64,000 nucleotides of DNA, from the IMG/VR virus record IMGVR_UViG_3300037516_001099. One strand, 5' to 3'. The notes below the pieces were generated by a model. That model was given only the letters and a program-made list of their open reading frames with translations. It searched no databases and was not told the DNA's origin. A program made the position numbers and the translations under genes. This stretch comes from an uncultured virus (IMG/VR IMGVR_UViG_3300037516_001099). Lineage: Duplodnaviria > Heunggongvirae > Uroviricota > Caudoviricetes. Shown here one piece after another: positions 17,507 to 28,016 of the stretch; position 1 is the first letter of the stretch; every line of letters begins with the position of its first letter.

Positions 17507-19651
17507 ATGCCAGTAATTGATCCATTTTTATATATTGTACTTGCCGACGAGCCGGGGCGCAAGTATGATAAGTGGAGTCCGGTCGAAAAAACATATGACG
17601 GAACTACGAAGGATGTTATAGATCTAATTGATACAATCTTTATAGTTACCCAAGTGGCGGTTCCAGCAAGTGGTATAATTGCGCGTATTCCGTGGGAGAT
17701 TCAAGAAATACCATTAAATCAAATAACGTATGAATTAGAATATAATAGTGGAATAGCAGCATTGCCGGATGATCCGATAAACGTTGGTCGCTATGACTAC
17801 ACCTTTTCTGCTACATACGTTCGTACTTCAGGGCCATATAGTGGAACATATAAATGTTATTTTAGTACAAATTATAATGCGGTTATTCCGGCGGGCATAC
17901 CTACTCCAAATATCGAATTAGTTAGTTTTGCTCCCGGTCCATCTCCAGATCCAGATTTTGACAATGATACTGGTTTACAATATCCTGAAGCACGCATAAA
18001 TCAATATAAGTATCTTATTATAGAGCCAGCTCCGCTGACCATTACATTTACTGATACTGAAATATCACACACTGGAAGTCCATTAAATCCAGAATATGTT
18101 ACAGTTCCCGAAAATGTACCAATAAGACTGCAATATACTGGTGATAACACACTTTCTCCCCTTGCTGCACCAATAAAAATTGGTACATATTCAGTAACTG
18201 CAATATCTCTTGATTTTAATTATAGTGGAACGCAGCAGGCAATATTTAATATTATTCCAGTATCTACTACTGCCGCAGCATCAATCGCAGCAGTAGATCA
18301 GCGGAAAATAGATATTCTTGAGGTAGAAGTATTGCCTGCACTTTATAGGTCATCCACTGGGTCATCTTCAGAAAAAATGACAGCAAAAGAGTTTGCGCAA
18401 ACTGGAGTATTGAGTATACTAGATGAAACTGATATACGTGGACTTGCTGGCGCAGCTGTTGGCGCAGCTGGAACAGTAAATGCTATTGCTGACTGTGCTA
18501 AAAATTTACCACAGAAATTAATGAAAGCCGTGGTTGCAAAGGTTGCCATGTTTCTATTAAGTTATATACCAGGCCTAGCTATTATAAACTTAATAACAAA
18601 AGTGTTAGAACTTATAGAGACTATACAGAAAATATTAGATCTTATTAAATTTATCAAAGACAACCCATTTGCATTTTTAAATATGGTACTAGAAGCAAGC
18701 GGAGCATATGCTGCGGTTGGTCAACTTGCAAATGATACGGTTGCATCACTTACAAACCAATTTCCGGCTGTTACTGGGGCAATTGGAGATGTTGGTGGCT
18801 TTGTAAAAGGTGTGGCTAATGGAGCCATAGATATTTGTAATGCACTAGATGCAGCCGGTTCTCCTATCTCCCCATACGTAAAGGCAGATAATACAAAGTC
18901 ACCAGAAGCAGTAATTGGATTTAATCCAGCAGTGTTTCGTCAACCATTAGAAGCAAAAGCAAAGTATGATCAATTTCAACTTCAAATTCGCGGATCGCTT
19001 AATAAAGATAATGATAAACTTAATACATTGCGAAATGAAGGAGACGAAATTGGCTTATATGAATATGCTTCAATGCTTACATCTGTGCATGAGCTTGCAT
19101 ACAATTACCACGACCAAGTTGCCTCTAGGGGCGGTGGAACGGGACTAATGACTGGAAATAGTCTGTCATCGAGTGGGTTGGATTCTGACTCTTTGTATGA
19201 CATGCTTGGAGAGGCCGCCGGCACAATAGCCGCATTAACACCAGCTGGCTCAAGTTCAACAAACTCCGGCTTAAGTTCTAGCATAAATGCAGCTTCAAAT
19301 GCTATTGGTGGAGTAACAGCTGGCGCTTCAGCTGTTGGAAATTTCTTAGTTGGAGGAAACATTGCTTCTTTGGCTGGACTAAAGAGTGCTTTTAATTTTG
19401 CTGTAAAAGATACTCTAACCAAAAACCCAACATGGTCATCTGAAACTATTAATGACTATAACAAACGAGTAAATGCAATAAAGGGTGACATAGAAAGTAA
19501 TGCTGACGCAATACAAAATAACCCAGCAAATCTCACATTAACACCAGCTGCTCAGATTAGTTCATCGTCTTCATCATCGCCATCTAGTTCGTCTTCATTG
19601 ACTGCAAGTTTATCCAAGTCTTCACCGCTGTTTGCCAGTATTGTAAAATAA
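17507..19651 (+). CDS. Large hypothetical virion protein (MBG/Ig-like N-terminus, helical C-terminus)
   Basis: P..VG.Y and P..IG.Y.V.A...D.NY.G MBG-like motifs; amphipathic helices; Ser-rich tail; start set at ATG 17507. Confidence 0.55.
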   Translation: MPVIDPFLYIVLADEPGRKYDKWSPVEKTYDGTTKDVIDLIDTIFIVTQVAVPASGIIARIPWEIQEIPLNQITYELEYNSGIAALPDDPINVGRYDYTFSATYVRTSGPYSGTYKCYFSTNYNAVIPAGIPTPNIELVSFAPGPSPDPDFDNDTGLQYPEARINQYKYLIIEPAPLTITFTDTEISHTGSPLNPEYVTVPENVPIRLQYTGDNTLSPLAAPIKIGTYSVTAISLDFNYSGTQQAIFNIIPVSTTAAASIAAVDQRKIDILEVEVLPALYRSSTGSSSEKMTAKEFAQTGVLSILDETDIRGLAGAAVGAAGTVNAIADCAKNLPQKLMKAVVAKVAMFLLSYIPGLAIINLITKVLELIETIQKILDLIKFIKDNPFAFLNMVLEASGAYAAVGQLANDTVASLTNQFPAVTGAIGDVGGFVKGVANGAIDICNALDAAGSPISPYVKADNTKSPEAVIGFNPAVFRQPLEAKAKYDQFQLQIRGSLNKDNDKLNTLRNEGDEIGLYEYASMLTSVHELAYNYHDQVASRGGGTGLMTGNSLSSSGLDSDSLYDMLGEAAGTIAALTPAGSSSTNSGLSSSINAASNAIGGVTAGASAVGNFLVGGNIASLAGLKSAFNFAVKDTLTKNPTWSSETINDYNKRVNAIKGDIESNADAIQNNPANLTLTPAAQISSSSSSSPSSSSSLTASLSKSSPLFASIVK

Positions 19652-19659
19652 ATAACTTG

Positions 19660-19667
19660 TATAAATA
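19660..19667 (+). promoter_or_regulatory. Late promoter TATAAATA
   Basis: 4 nt before the gp25 ATG. Confidence 0.75.
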
Positions 19668-19671
19668 GAAT

Positions 19672-20103
19672 ATGAGCCGTAACTTGTCAGACTATAATGA
19701 CTCCAGGGCAACAGTTGTCGCCAGAAAAAATTTGTATTCAGATATTGATAATAGTTTTAACGTGCATCCAATTTATAATGATATATTACCAATAGTTGAC
19801 ATTGACTCGATAAAACAAAGTTTAAAAAACTTATTACTAACTAATCAATATGACCGCTGTTTTCAACCAAACATATACTCTGATGTATCAGCACTATTGT
19901 TTGAAAATGCTGATATATTTTCAGAATTAGAATTAAAAGAAAAAATAGAAAACGTAATTGATATATATGAACCGCGAATAAGTAACTATGAAGTTACAGT
20001 TTCCGATGACTCTGACAGAAATGCATATAAAGTTTTTATTAAATTCGAAACATCATATGATTCATCTTCTGAAATAACAATATATTTAACTCGTATACGA
20101 TAA
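19672..20103 (+). CDS. 25: Baseplate wedge gp25
   Basis: YSDID, SIKQSLKNLLLT, R.FQP, LLFE, YEPRI. Confidence 0.93.
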   Translation: MSRNLSDYNDSRATVVARKNLYSDIDNSFNVHPIYNDILPIVDIDSIKQSLKNLLLTNQYDRCFQPNIYSDVSALLFENADIFSELELKEKIENVIDIYEPRISNYEVTVSDDSDRNAYKVFIKFETSYDSSSEITIYLTRIR

Positions 20104-21989
20104 TGGAAATCCCTACACAATCAGTAGCAGTCACAGAATTAGATTTTGATGCCATAAAGACATCATTAATAGAATATTTTAAAACTCAAGACAGTCCGTT
20201 TAAGGATTGGGACTATACTGGCTCTGGTTTGAATATGTTAGTTGATGTGCTTTCTCATAATACCCACTATAACGCAATACTTGCACATATGGCAGTAAAT
20301 GAGAGCTTTATTGATTCTGCTCAATTGCGGCAAAATGTTGTATCTGCAGCAAAATTGATTGGATATACACCACGTAGCGCATCGGCACCAAAGGCAACGG
20401 TTTCAATTGAAGTAATCCCACGCAATAATACTATAAATGAGTTTGTATTACCAGCTGGTGGGATTTTCTCTTCAAATATAAGCAGTCAAACAAACAAGGG
20501 TACAACATACCGTTTTACTAATCTATCCGATATTATTTGTAGTAGAAATTTAAACGGAACCTTAACCGCGACAAATGTTGATATTTTTCAGGGAGAACTT
20601 GTAACAAAGAGAATTCAGATAAATTCTGCTCAAAGTAATAATGAGTATATTATAGACGACAAAAATATAGATATAAGCACATTAAATGTAGCAGTCTTTC
20701 AAAACGGACGATCAGAAATAAACGAAGTATATTATAGATTTTCTGATATAAACTCTGTTGATAGTTTGTCACCTGTTTATTTCCTATATGAAAATTATAA
20801 CGGGAACTATGTAATATCATTTGGTAATGGAGTCGTAGGTAAAAAACCCGACAACCTTAATATTTTACAGCTCACATATTTGGTTACTGCTGGCGACGGG
20901 GCAAATGGCTCAAATGTTTTTGACTATGTTAGTTATTTGCCTGATGCTCAAATTACGACTCGCCCACAACTAGTTACTATATTTTCTGCACGCGGTGGAT
21001 CAACACCCGAATCAACTAGTAGTATAAAATATAACGCGCCGCTGCAATACATCTCACAAAATCGTGCTGTAACTGCGGATGACTATAAAACTTTAATACA
21101 CGGTAATTTTCCAAATGTAAAATCTATATCTGTATGGGGCGGAGAAGAAAATGACCCACCGCGATACGGAACAGTTTTTGTATCAATTAGGAAAAGTAAA
21201 GATGTTAATACCGAGTCTGACTTTTTAACGGCTAACGAAAAGCAAGATATATTAACTTATCTACGTGATAAAAAAGTACTTTCAATATTTCCAGAAATAA
21301 TTGACCCAGACTATGTAAATATTGTGCTTGATGTGTTATTTAAGTATAATCGTAACCTCACTACTCACAGCAAGGTTGGCCTTGAAACTAAGGTTAAAGA
21401 AACAATATCTAATTTTAATACCCAATATTTGGATTCATTTGATGGCGTGTTTCGTCATTCATTTTTAACAAAAACAATTGACGGCTCAAACCCGTCAATT
21501 TTAAACTCACATGTCAGAATTTATATTTCTAAGAGTGTATCTTTTGTTGCTGGCAATCCAGAAAAAATAACTATTAAGTATGGGGTTCCTCTTACAGTAG
21601 ACAATGATGTTGCTATTGTATATTCTAGCGGCTGGAATTATGATGGAGTAACATACTATATAGGAGACAATGAAAGCACAACATCACCCGACATTAGATC
21701 GCTATTCATATACTACTATGATTCTGATAATACACCAATTATAAAGGAAACAAATATTGGAACAATTACATTAAGTACTGGAACGGTTGAATTAAGCGCA
21801 ATACTCACTGATGAAACTACTAAAATAACTCTAGACCTTATACCTCTCTCAAATGATATTGCTCCTAAGAGAAATCAACTTATACAAATTGATACTACGC
21901 GATTAAATGTGTATGGTGAAGTTGACACAATAGCAGTTGGAGGATCAAGCCGGGCAGTTGGATATAAAACTTTTAGTAGAGACCGATAA
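20103..21989 (+). CDS. 6: Baseplate wedge gp6
   Basis: LDFDAIK, NESFIDSAQLR, FGNGVVG, QNRAVTADDY, VWGGE. Confidence 0.95.
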   Translation: MEIPTQSVAVTELDFDAIKTSLIEYFKTQDSPFKDWDYTGSGLNMLVDVLSHNTHYNAILAHMAVNESFIDSAQLRQNVVSAAKLIGYTPRSASAPKATVSIEVIPRNNTINEFVLPAGGIFSSNISSQTNKGTTYRFTNLSDIICSRNLNGTLTATNVDIFQGELVTKRIQINSAQSNNEYIIDDKNIDISTLNVAVFQNGRSEINEVYYRFSDINSVDSLSPVYFLYENYNGNYVISFGNGVVGKKPDNLNILQLTYLVTAGDGANGSNVFDYVSYLPDAQITTRPQLVTIFSARGGSTPESTSSIKYNAPLQYISQNRAVTADDYKTLIHGNFPNVKSISVWGGEENDPPRYGTVFVSIRKSKDVNTESDFLTANEKQDILTYLRDKKVLSIFPEIIDPDYVNIVLDVLFKYNRNLTTHSKVGLETKVKETISNFNTQYLDSFDGVFRHSFLTKTIDGSNPSILNSHVRIYISKSVSFVAGNPEKITIKYGVPLTVDNDVAIVYSSGWNYDGVTYYIGDNESTTSPDIRSLFIYYYDSDNTPIIKETNIGTITLSTGTVELSAILTDETTKITLDLIPLSNDIAPKRNQLIQIDTTRLNVYGEVDTIAVGGSSRAVGYKTFSRDR

Positions 21990-21991
21990 AT

Positions 21992-24928
21992 ATGCTCTTA
22001 AGTATAGCAAATTCTCGTCCCCGTAATATGGAGTCTATTGGGGTAGCTGGACTCTATCCGCCTTCTTTGCAAGAATCAGCAGGCTCAATTATTAATTTCA
22101 TTGAACTTTATTATGACTATTTGAATAGTACTGGTTTGCCATCAAACGAGATTGCAAATATCACACGAGATAAGGACATTGATATTGTATCAAACAAATA
22201 TTTAACAGAAATACAAAGTTTAATAGGACGAAATATACCAAACAGTCGTGTGATTGATAAAGTTACGTTGTATAGAATTATTATACAATATTATCGTACT
22301 CGCGGATCAGAAGATAGTATACATACATTTTTTAAAATTTTCTTTGACGAAATTGTAGATATATTCTATCCTCGCGAATATCTTTTTGACCTGTCTGGCG
22401 GTCGCGGCGGGTGGAAGCCACTTAATATATCTTCTCTTCGTACGACAAATACAAATCCAAATAAAGTTACATTACTGGTAAAGTCGGATTATAAAATAGG
22501 ACCATTCCCGTTATCTGATAGTGGTCCATATACAGTAACACTAAAGGCAATTAGTAAGAATATGTGGACATATGGTGGTGGTCCAAAATCTTACAACTTG
22601 CCATATGTTGAAAAAACAAATATCGCAGTCGGAACAGCACCACCAATTTATAGATGGGTTTATCGTTATGCTGATTTGTTTGAAATCTATAGCACAAATG
22701 ACACGCTGTGGCCAGACGAAGCCGCATGGGAAATAGTGTCTCGCAATATTGAGTATTCTCAACAACCGGGCGAAGGTGCGCCCGTCGAAACTAAAAATAT
22801 TGATTATGGCACGCTCACTGTTACAGTAGATACGCCAGTATTTGAAGATGAATTCATCGTTGATGAGACTAAGACTGAGTTGAACCCCGGTCAATCTTTG
22901 ATTGACGAAAAGGTTCCGTCAAACTTACTCGTGACGGAGCGTTTAATAGAAAATCGCAGTGAACTTGATGAATTGGCTGATATTGAGTATTTTGGTATTA
23001 CTACTGAAGCAGAATTACAGTTAGAAGTTGAACGCGTTGCAGACCTTCGAGTAACTGCAATTGTAACAGAAGAAGCAGGTGGACTTAGATACGAGGTTAA
23101 TAATACAAATATTGAGTATTACCATACGTTTGAAGTGACAGCTTTTCCAGAATATACCGTTAAAACTGGAGACATTGTTCATTCACTTGAAGATGTCACT
23201 GACTTAACCGATAATACTGATTTTTCTTATTCGAAAATTTATCGTTGTAGTGATTTAGACCCGATAACTTGGGTCGAAATTGATAAGAATATTAACGTTT
23301 GGAGTTACGAAGATAACAAGTCATTTGCGTCAGACTTATATAAACTACATGACGGCGAATATTGGCAAAAATATTCATATCGTATACGCTCGCAACTTCC
23401 ACAGGAAGACTGGGTAAATGACTATTTGCGATTTGTTCATCCAGCTGGATTAAAACTATTTAGTGCAATACTCTATGAATTTATTGCACGCACAGCCTGG
23501 AACAATTTAATTGATTATTCAGTTAAAAAGCCACAGGATAGTTATCTCTGGCTAAATGAGTATGAACCTCCAGTCATAGGCTATCACACTCCTAGGTATC
23601 AACCAGGATGGTTATCAGTTAACGAACGTCTGCTAACTATAATTCTAGAATATCTAAAGAGTCCGGGTAGTGAAGATGACTATGTGAGACTAATAACTTG
23701 TATTATTGGTATTTTCAGTCAAAATAATAATCCACGAAATAAGACTGTATACACAGATTATCAAGGGTGGTTAAAATATCTTGATCCAAATGAACTTATA
23801 TGTGGAATAGCCGATAAGACTATTGATGAAGCAAGTTCTGCGTGGGGCGAGACGACGGGAAACATTTTTAGTAACATTTCATCCTTTGTTAGCTTTACAA
23901 TTAAAGACAAATCGTATTATCCATGGTTCTATAGCGAACTTATTCCGCTTGATTTAATATACGAAGACACTGACCCAGATTATTTTGAAGGTTTAGTTGA
24001 ATTAATTAATGCTGAAGTACAACCAAACTTTATTGTGAGTACTATAGAAAATAGGGTGCCCCTGATATATAGATACCCGCTTGAAAAACAAGATGGTGTG
24101 GACGATTTTATAACTGAAGATGCAACAGATTCATTTATTACTGAAGGCCAAATTAATCCTCGTACAGTATCAAGTCTATTTTCAAATAAGACAATACTGG
24201 GGGAAAATGAAGTGGTGCGCTTTTATGCACTCACTAAATATATACCAGACGGCACAACTCTATATTGGAGCGTTTCAAACTCAAATGTGTCTCAGCAGTC
24301 TGGCGAGTGTGTCGTAAAAAATGGAGTAGCGGTCTTTAAGTTAGTTCCACTCTTAAGTATGTCAAGCGGGACAGACGTACAGTTTATAGCAACTATTCGT
24401 CAGGCATCTCCTGATGGGCTTATACTCGCCCACAGCGCGCCAGTTACAGTAAATGACAACCTGACTGCGCCAACATACTCGATAACCTCGGGTGTAACCA
24501 ATACAATTGAGGGCGGCGGAATTCCTTTTACAGTATCAACTACGAACGTTCCTGACAATAAGGCATTGTACTATGTGGCCTCACTTCCAAATGACTTAAC
24601 GCCTTCAGTCGGTGGCTTGGTTGTAAAAAATAATAGCGCATCATTTACACTTATTGCAACCCCAGACACATTAAACACTGAAGGATCTGAACTGTTTAAT
24701 GTTAAGCTTTATGCGTGCGGTACCGCTGGATTAGCTGCCGCGACTAGCGCTGACATAGAAATATTAGATGCATATAAATTATGGGATTTTTCCCCAACAT
24801 CTTCAACTACTTTAAGTGGATTTACCGTTACTACATCAGACGCGTCACCTATAAAAATTGGTTGGACTGATGGCTCACTAGAACAAACGGTGAGTAGCGC
24901 CGTCGCTACTACACATACCTACTCGTAA
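21992..24928 (+). CDS. 7: Baseplate wedge gp7-like with C-terminal Ig/Calx-beta-like domains
   Basis: FIELYYDYL, YRTRGSEDS..FFKIFF, YWQKYSY.I, FVHPAGLKLF; follows gp6. Confidence 0.8.
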   Translation: MLLSIANSRPRNMESIGVAGLYPPSLQESAGSIINFIELYYDYLNSTGLPSNEIANITRDKDIDIVSNKYLTEIQSLIGRNIPNSRVIDKVTLYRIIIQYYRTRGSEDSIHTFFKIFFDEIVDIFYPREYLFDLSGGRGGWKPLNISSLRTTNTNPNKVTLLVKSDYKIGPFPLSDSGPYTVTLKAISKNMWTYGGGPKSYNLPYVEKTNIAVGTAPPIYRWVYRYADLFEIYSTNDTLWPDEAAWEIVSRNIEYSQQPGEGAPVETKNIDYGTLTVTVDTPVFEDEFIVDETKTELNPGQSLIDEKVPSNLLVTERLIENRSELDELADIEYFGITTEAELQLEVERVADLRVTAIVTEEAGGLRYEVNNTNIEYYHTFEVTAFPEYTVKTGDIVHSLEDVTDLTDNTDFSYSKIYRCSDLDPITWVEIDKNINVWSYEDNKSFASDLYKLHDGEYWQKYSYRIRSQLPQEDWVNDYLRFVHPAGLKLFSAILYEFIARTAWNNLIDYSVKKPQDSYLWLNEYEPPVIGYHTPRYQPGWLSVNERLLTIILEYLKSPGSEDDYVRLITCIIGIFSQNNNPRNKTVYTDYQGWLKYLDPNELICGIADKTIDEASSAWGETTGNIFSNISSFVSFTIKDKSYYPWFYSELIPLDLIYEDTDPDYFEGLVELINAEVQPNFIVSTIENRVPLIYRYPLEKQDGVDDFITEDATDSFITEGQINPRTVSSLFSNKTILGENEVVRFYALTKYIPDGTTLYWSVSNSNVSQQSGECVVKNGVAVFKLVPLLSMSSGTDVQFIATIRQASPDGLILAHSAPVTVNDNLTAPTYSITSGVTNTIEGGGIPFTVSTTNVPDNKALYYVASLPNDLTPSVGGLVVKNNSASFTLIATPDTLNTEGSELFNVKLYACGTAGLAAATSADIEILDAYKLWDFSPTSSTTLSGFTVTTSDASPIKIGWTDGSLEQTVSSAVATTHTYS

Positions 24929-24934
24929 CCGCAT

Positions 24935-24942
24935 TATAAATA
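24935..24942 (+). promoter_or_regulatory. Late promoter TATAAATA
   Basis: 7 nt before ATG 24950. Confidence 0.7.
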
Positions 24943-24949
24943 ATAGTAT

Positions 24950-26794
24950 ATGTCAGACATAAAATTTTCACAACTCACGCAAATAACAAACGCGTCACCA
25001 TTAGATCTCGTGCCAATAATCGACGTCTCTAATCCGCTTATGTCAGAGAACGGAAGCAATGCCATTGTTAGTGTTGGCGACCTCGCGTCTTCGTTTTTTA
25101 ATGGTCTTGGAAATGGATCAATAAGTAGCGCACAAATACAGACGAGTCCAGAATTCTTTGGCAACGTAAAGTTACCAATCACCACATCTATTGGGCCAAT
25201 AACTGGAACTGAGATTGGTTTCTTAACTGGTTTGCGTAATAACATACAATATCAGTTTGACAACCTAGTTTATTATGGCACAACAATTTTTGGACCAGGA
25301 ACAACTAGTGCTGCGCCACTTAAAATTCTAGCTGGTACAAATACAATAACACCAAGTCCTGGAAATATTGAGTTTGATGGCACAAGTCTGTATTATACAA
25401 ACAATAATCCAACCCCAGCACGTCAGACGCTTGCGACCACAACCTATGTAGATAGTATAATAGACGGCGCGCCCGGGGTTTTAAACACACTTAATGAATT
25501 GGCGTTTGCTCTTAATGATGATGCAAACTATGCAACAACTATTACTACAGCGTTATCTGGTAAAGAGCCGGCAATAACAGCTGGAACGACTGCTCAATAT
25601 TGGCGTGGTGATAAAACGTGGCAGACTTTAAATAAAGCAAGTGTTGATTTGAGCAATGTTACCAATGAAAGCAAGGCTACAATGTTTAGTAACCCCACTT
25701 TCTCTGGAACAACAACACTGCCAGCCGGAACAACTACAGTTGCACCATTAAAATTAACGGCTGGAACAAATTTAACTTCTCCAGTTGCTGGTAGTGTTGA
25801 ATTTGATGGCACTGAAATATACATTACAAATTCAGTTGGCTCTAGAAAAACATTAACCTACACAGATCACACCCATACTACTGCAACAATAAGTGTAGCT
25901 GGGTTTATGTCAGCGGCTGATAAGGTTAGGCTTGACGGAATAGCAGCTGGTGCTGAAGTAAATGTTCAAGCTGATTGGAACGCGTCATCTGGTGATGCTG
26001 CAATCTTAAATAAACCCGATAATGCAACAATAAGTGTAGCTGGGTTTATGTCAGCGACTGATAAAAGTCGTTTAGACGACGCTTCTGGCGTTAATGGATT
26101 GGTTAAGTGTAATGGCTCGGGAGACTTTTCAGTTGCGTCTGCTGGCACAGACTATGCAGCTACTTCACATACGCATGGCAGCATAACCAATGATGGTAAA
26201 CTTGGAACGACAACCAATTTGCCACTTATAACTACCACGGGTGGTACAATATCTACTGGATCATTTGGAACTGCAGCAAACACATTTTGTGCTGGAAATG
26301 ACACTCGATTAAGTGATGCTCGTACTCCTGCTTCACATACGCATGGCAGCATAACCAATGATGGTAAACTTGGAACGACAACCAATTTGCCACTTATAAC
26401 TACCACGGGTGGTACAATATCTACTGGATCATTTGGCACAACTGCCAATACATTTTGCGCTGGAAATGACACTCGTATTGATAATTTGCATACTGTCGTT
26501 AATACTTCAGCGGCAACACTCACTATAACTGAAGCGGATAACAATGAATATATACGTTGCTCTGCAGCAGGCGGAACTGCAATAACATTAAATGGAGCTG
26601 GAGCATGGACAGACGGTATGACGGTAACAGTTCGACGAGTTGGAGGAACGTCACCTGCAGGTGCATTAACATTAACTACTTCAAACGCAACAATAAATGA
26701 TAATGATATTGCAAATATTTTAGCTGGAGACACGTTTGCACTAAAATGCGTTGACATTAGCAGTCCTACAAATAAGGTATTTGATTTTATTTAA
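24950..26794 (+). CDS. Tail fibre protein
   Basis: APGVLNTLNELA.AL.DD fibre motif, HTH repeats, NVQADWN, internal duplications. Confidence 0.8.
   Translation: MSDIKFSQLTQITNASPLDLVPIIDVSNPLMSENGSNAIVSVGDLASSFFNGLGNGSISSAQIQTSPEFFGNVKLPITTSIGPITGTEIGFLTGLRNNIQYQFDNLVYYGTTIFGPGTTSAAPLKILAGTNTITPSPGNIEFDGTSLYYTNNNPTPARQTLATTTYVDSIIDGAPGVLNTLNELAFALNDDANYATTITTALSGKEPAITAGTTAQYWRGDKTWQTLNKASVDLSNVTNESKATMFSNPTFSGTTTLPAGTTTVAPLKLTAGTNLTSPVAGSVEFDGTEIYITNSVGSRKTLTYTDHTHTTATISVAGFMSAADKVRLDGIAAGAEVNVQADWNASSGDAAILNKPDNATISVAGFMSATDKSRLDDASGVNGLVKCNGSGDFSVASAGTDYAATSHTHGSITNDGKLGTTTNLPLITTTGGTISTGSFGTAANTFCAGNDTRLSDARTPASHTHGSITNDGKLGTTTNLPLITTTGGTISTGSFGTTANTFCAGNDTRIDNLHTVVNTSAATLTITEADNNEYIRCSAAGGTAITLNGAGAWTDGMTVTVRRVGGTSPAGALTLTTSNATINDNDIANILAGDTFALKCVDISSPTNKVFDFI
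26163..26475. repeat. 168-nt-period tandem duplication within the fibre gene
   Basis: 26163-26307 vs 26331-26475, near-identical (SHTHGSITNDGKLG...CAGNDTR). Confidence 0.9.
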
Positions 26795-26797
26795 TAT

Positions 26798-27997
26798 ATG
26801 TTATCATCAGTAATACAAGGAAAGCGCAAACGGCGTCGTGGTAATGGTAATCAAATTATCCATACTATAAGAAATTGGTCTCTCAAAGGACAAGCTTATA
26901 CTGAAAGTGAAGCTATAGGCGGCTATGCTACCAGTGTTAACGCTGATGGCGCAGTAGTTGTGAATGCAGGCAGAAACGCTTTAAACGCTCCGTTTTTAAA
27001 TGTAGGGCGATGGAACAGCGGTTCGCAGTCTTGGTCGTACAGCAAAATTAATCTAGCACCACAGGATGGAGAGATAGTTACAAGCATAAGTGACGATGGC
27101 AACGTTATAGCTGTAGGATTTGAAGGATTTGGTGGCGGTAACGTATATACAAGCACCACAAACGTCATCATCTATGCATGGAACAGTTCTTCGTGGTCAC
27201 AACGCGGATCTGCTATTTCTACTCGCAGCGTATCGAGCAGCATTGATATTAGTGGAGATGGATCTGTGCTAGCAATAGGTGAGCCATATTTTGCCGACGA
27301 GACCCCTTCGTCAAATACAAGAGTTAGAATCTTTAGATGGTCTGGAATTTCCTGGATCGCACATGGTAATACAATACTTAAACTTGGCCTCACCGACGTT
27401 ACGCGTCTTTTTGGTTGGAAAGTTTCTCTTGACGGTTCCGGAGATACGGTAGCAATAGGCACACAAAGCGTCGATGCCGGTGTAGATATATACAGACTCA
27501 ACGGCAGTACTTGGTCTCAACTCGGAAACAGATCACAATATGAGACAGTTTCGGATGGTTGGAATGGTTGTGATGCTGTAAAACTTGACTCTACAGGAAA
27601 TTTTATGGTGGTTGCCGGATATCAAGAATCATCTCAAGGTGGTTCAGATACTCTTGGAGTTATTCGTGTTTTTAGATGGACAGGTTCTACGTGGACTAAA
27701 GTAGGTAATGATATAACTCAACCTGCTTTTTATAGCAATAATGAACCAGATGTAAGCTTATCTATGGACGGCACTGCTTCTAGAATAATAGTAGGAACTA
27801 GACAATTAGCATCAGACGGCGGAGATAGTTCTATTAAAGTCTATGACTGGAATGGTACGGGTTGGGAACTATCAGCAACTGTAACACATGGAGCTACAGA
27901 CAGCAACAACGGATTTAATCCAAAACTTTCACTAGACGGTCAAACAATAACGTTTGGTGCGCCTAACACAAAGACTAGTGCAGTCTATACAACATAA
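26798..27997 (+). CDS. Beta-propeller (FG-GAP-like) putative receptor-binding protein
   Basis: Repeats of S.S.DG..(L/I)A.G and (I/V)(Y/F).W.G..W; basic N-terminus KRKRRR. Confidence 0.7.
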   Translation: MLSSVIQGKRKRRRGNGNQIIHTIRNWSLKGQAYTESEAIGGYATSVNADGAVVVNAGRNALNAPFLNVGRWNSGSQSWSYSKINLAPQDGEIVTSISDDGNVIAVGFEGFGGGNVYTSTTNVIIYAWNSSSWSQRGSAISTRSVSSSIDISGDGSVLAIGEPYFADETPSSNTRVRIFRWSGISWIAHGNTILKLGLTDVTRLFGWKVSLDGSGDTVAIGTQSVDAGVDIYRLNGSTWSQLGNRSQYETVSDGWNGCDAVKLDSTGNFMVVAGYQESSQGGSDTLGVIRVFRWTGSTWTKVGNDITQPAFYSNNEPDVSLSMDGTASRIIVGTRQLASDGGDSSIKVYDWNGTGWELSATVTHGATDSNNGFNPKLSLDGQTITFGAPNTKTSAVYTT

Positions 27998-28002
27998 ATT
28001 AT

Positions 28003-28010
28003 TATAAATA
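28003..28010 (+). promoter_or_regulatory. Late promoter TATAAATA
   Basis: 6 nt before ATG 28017. Confidence 0.7.
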
Positions 28011-28016
28011 TAGCAT

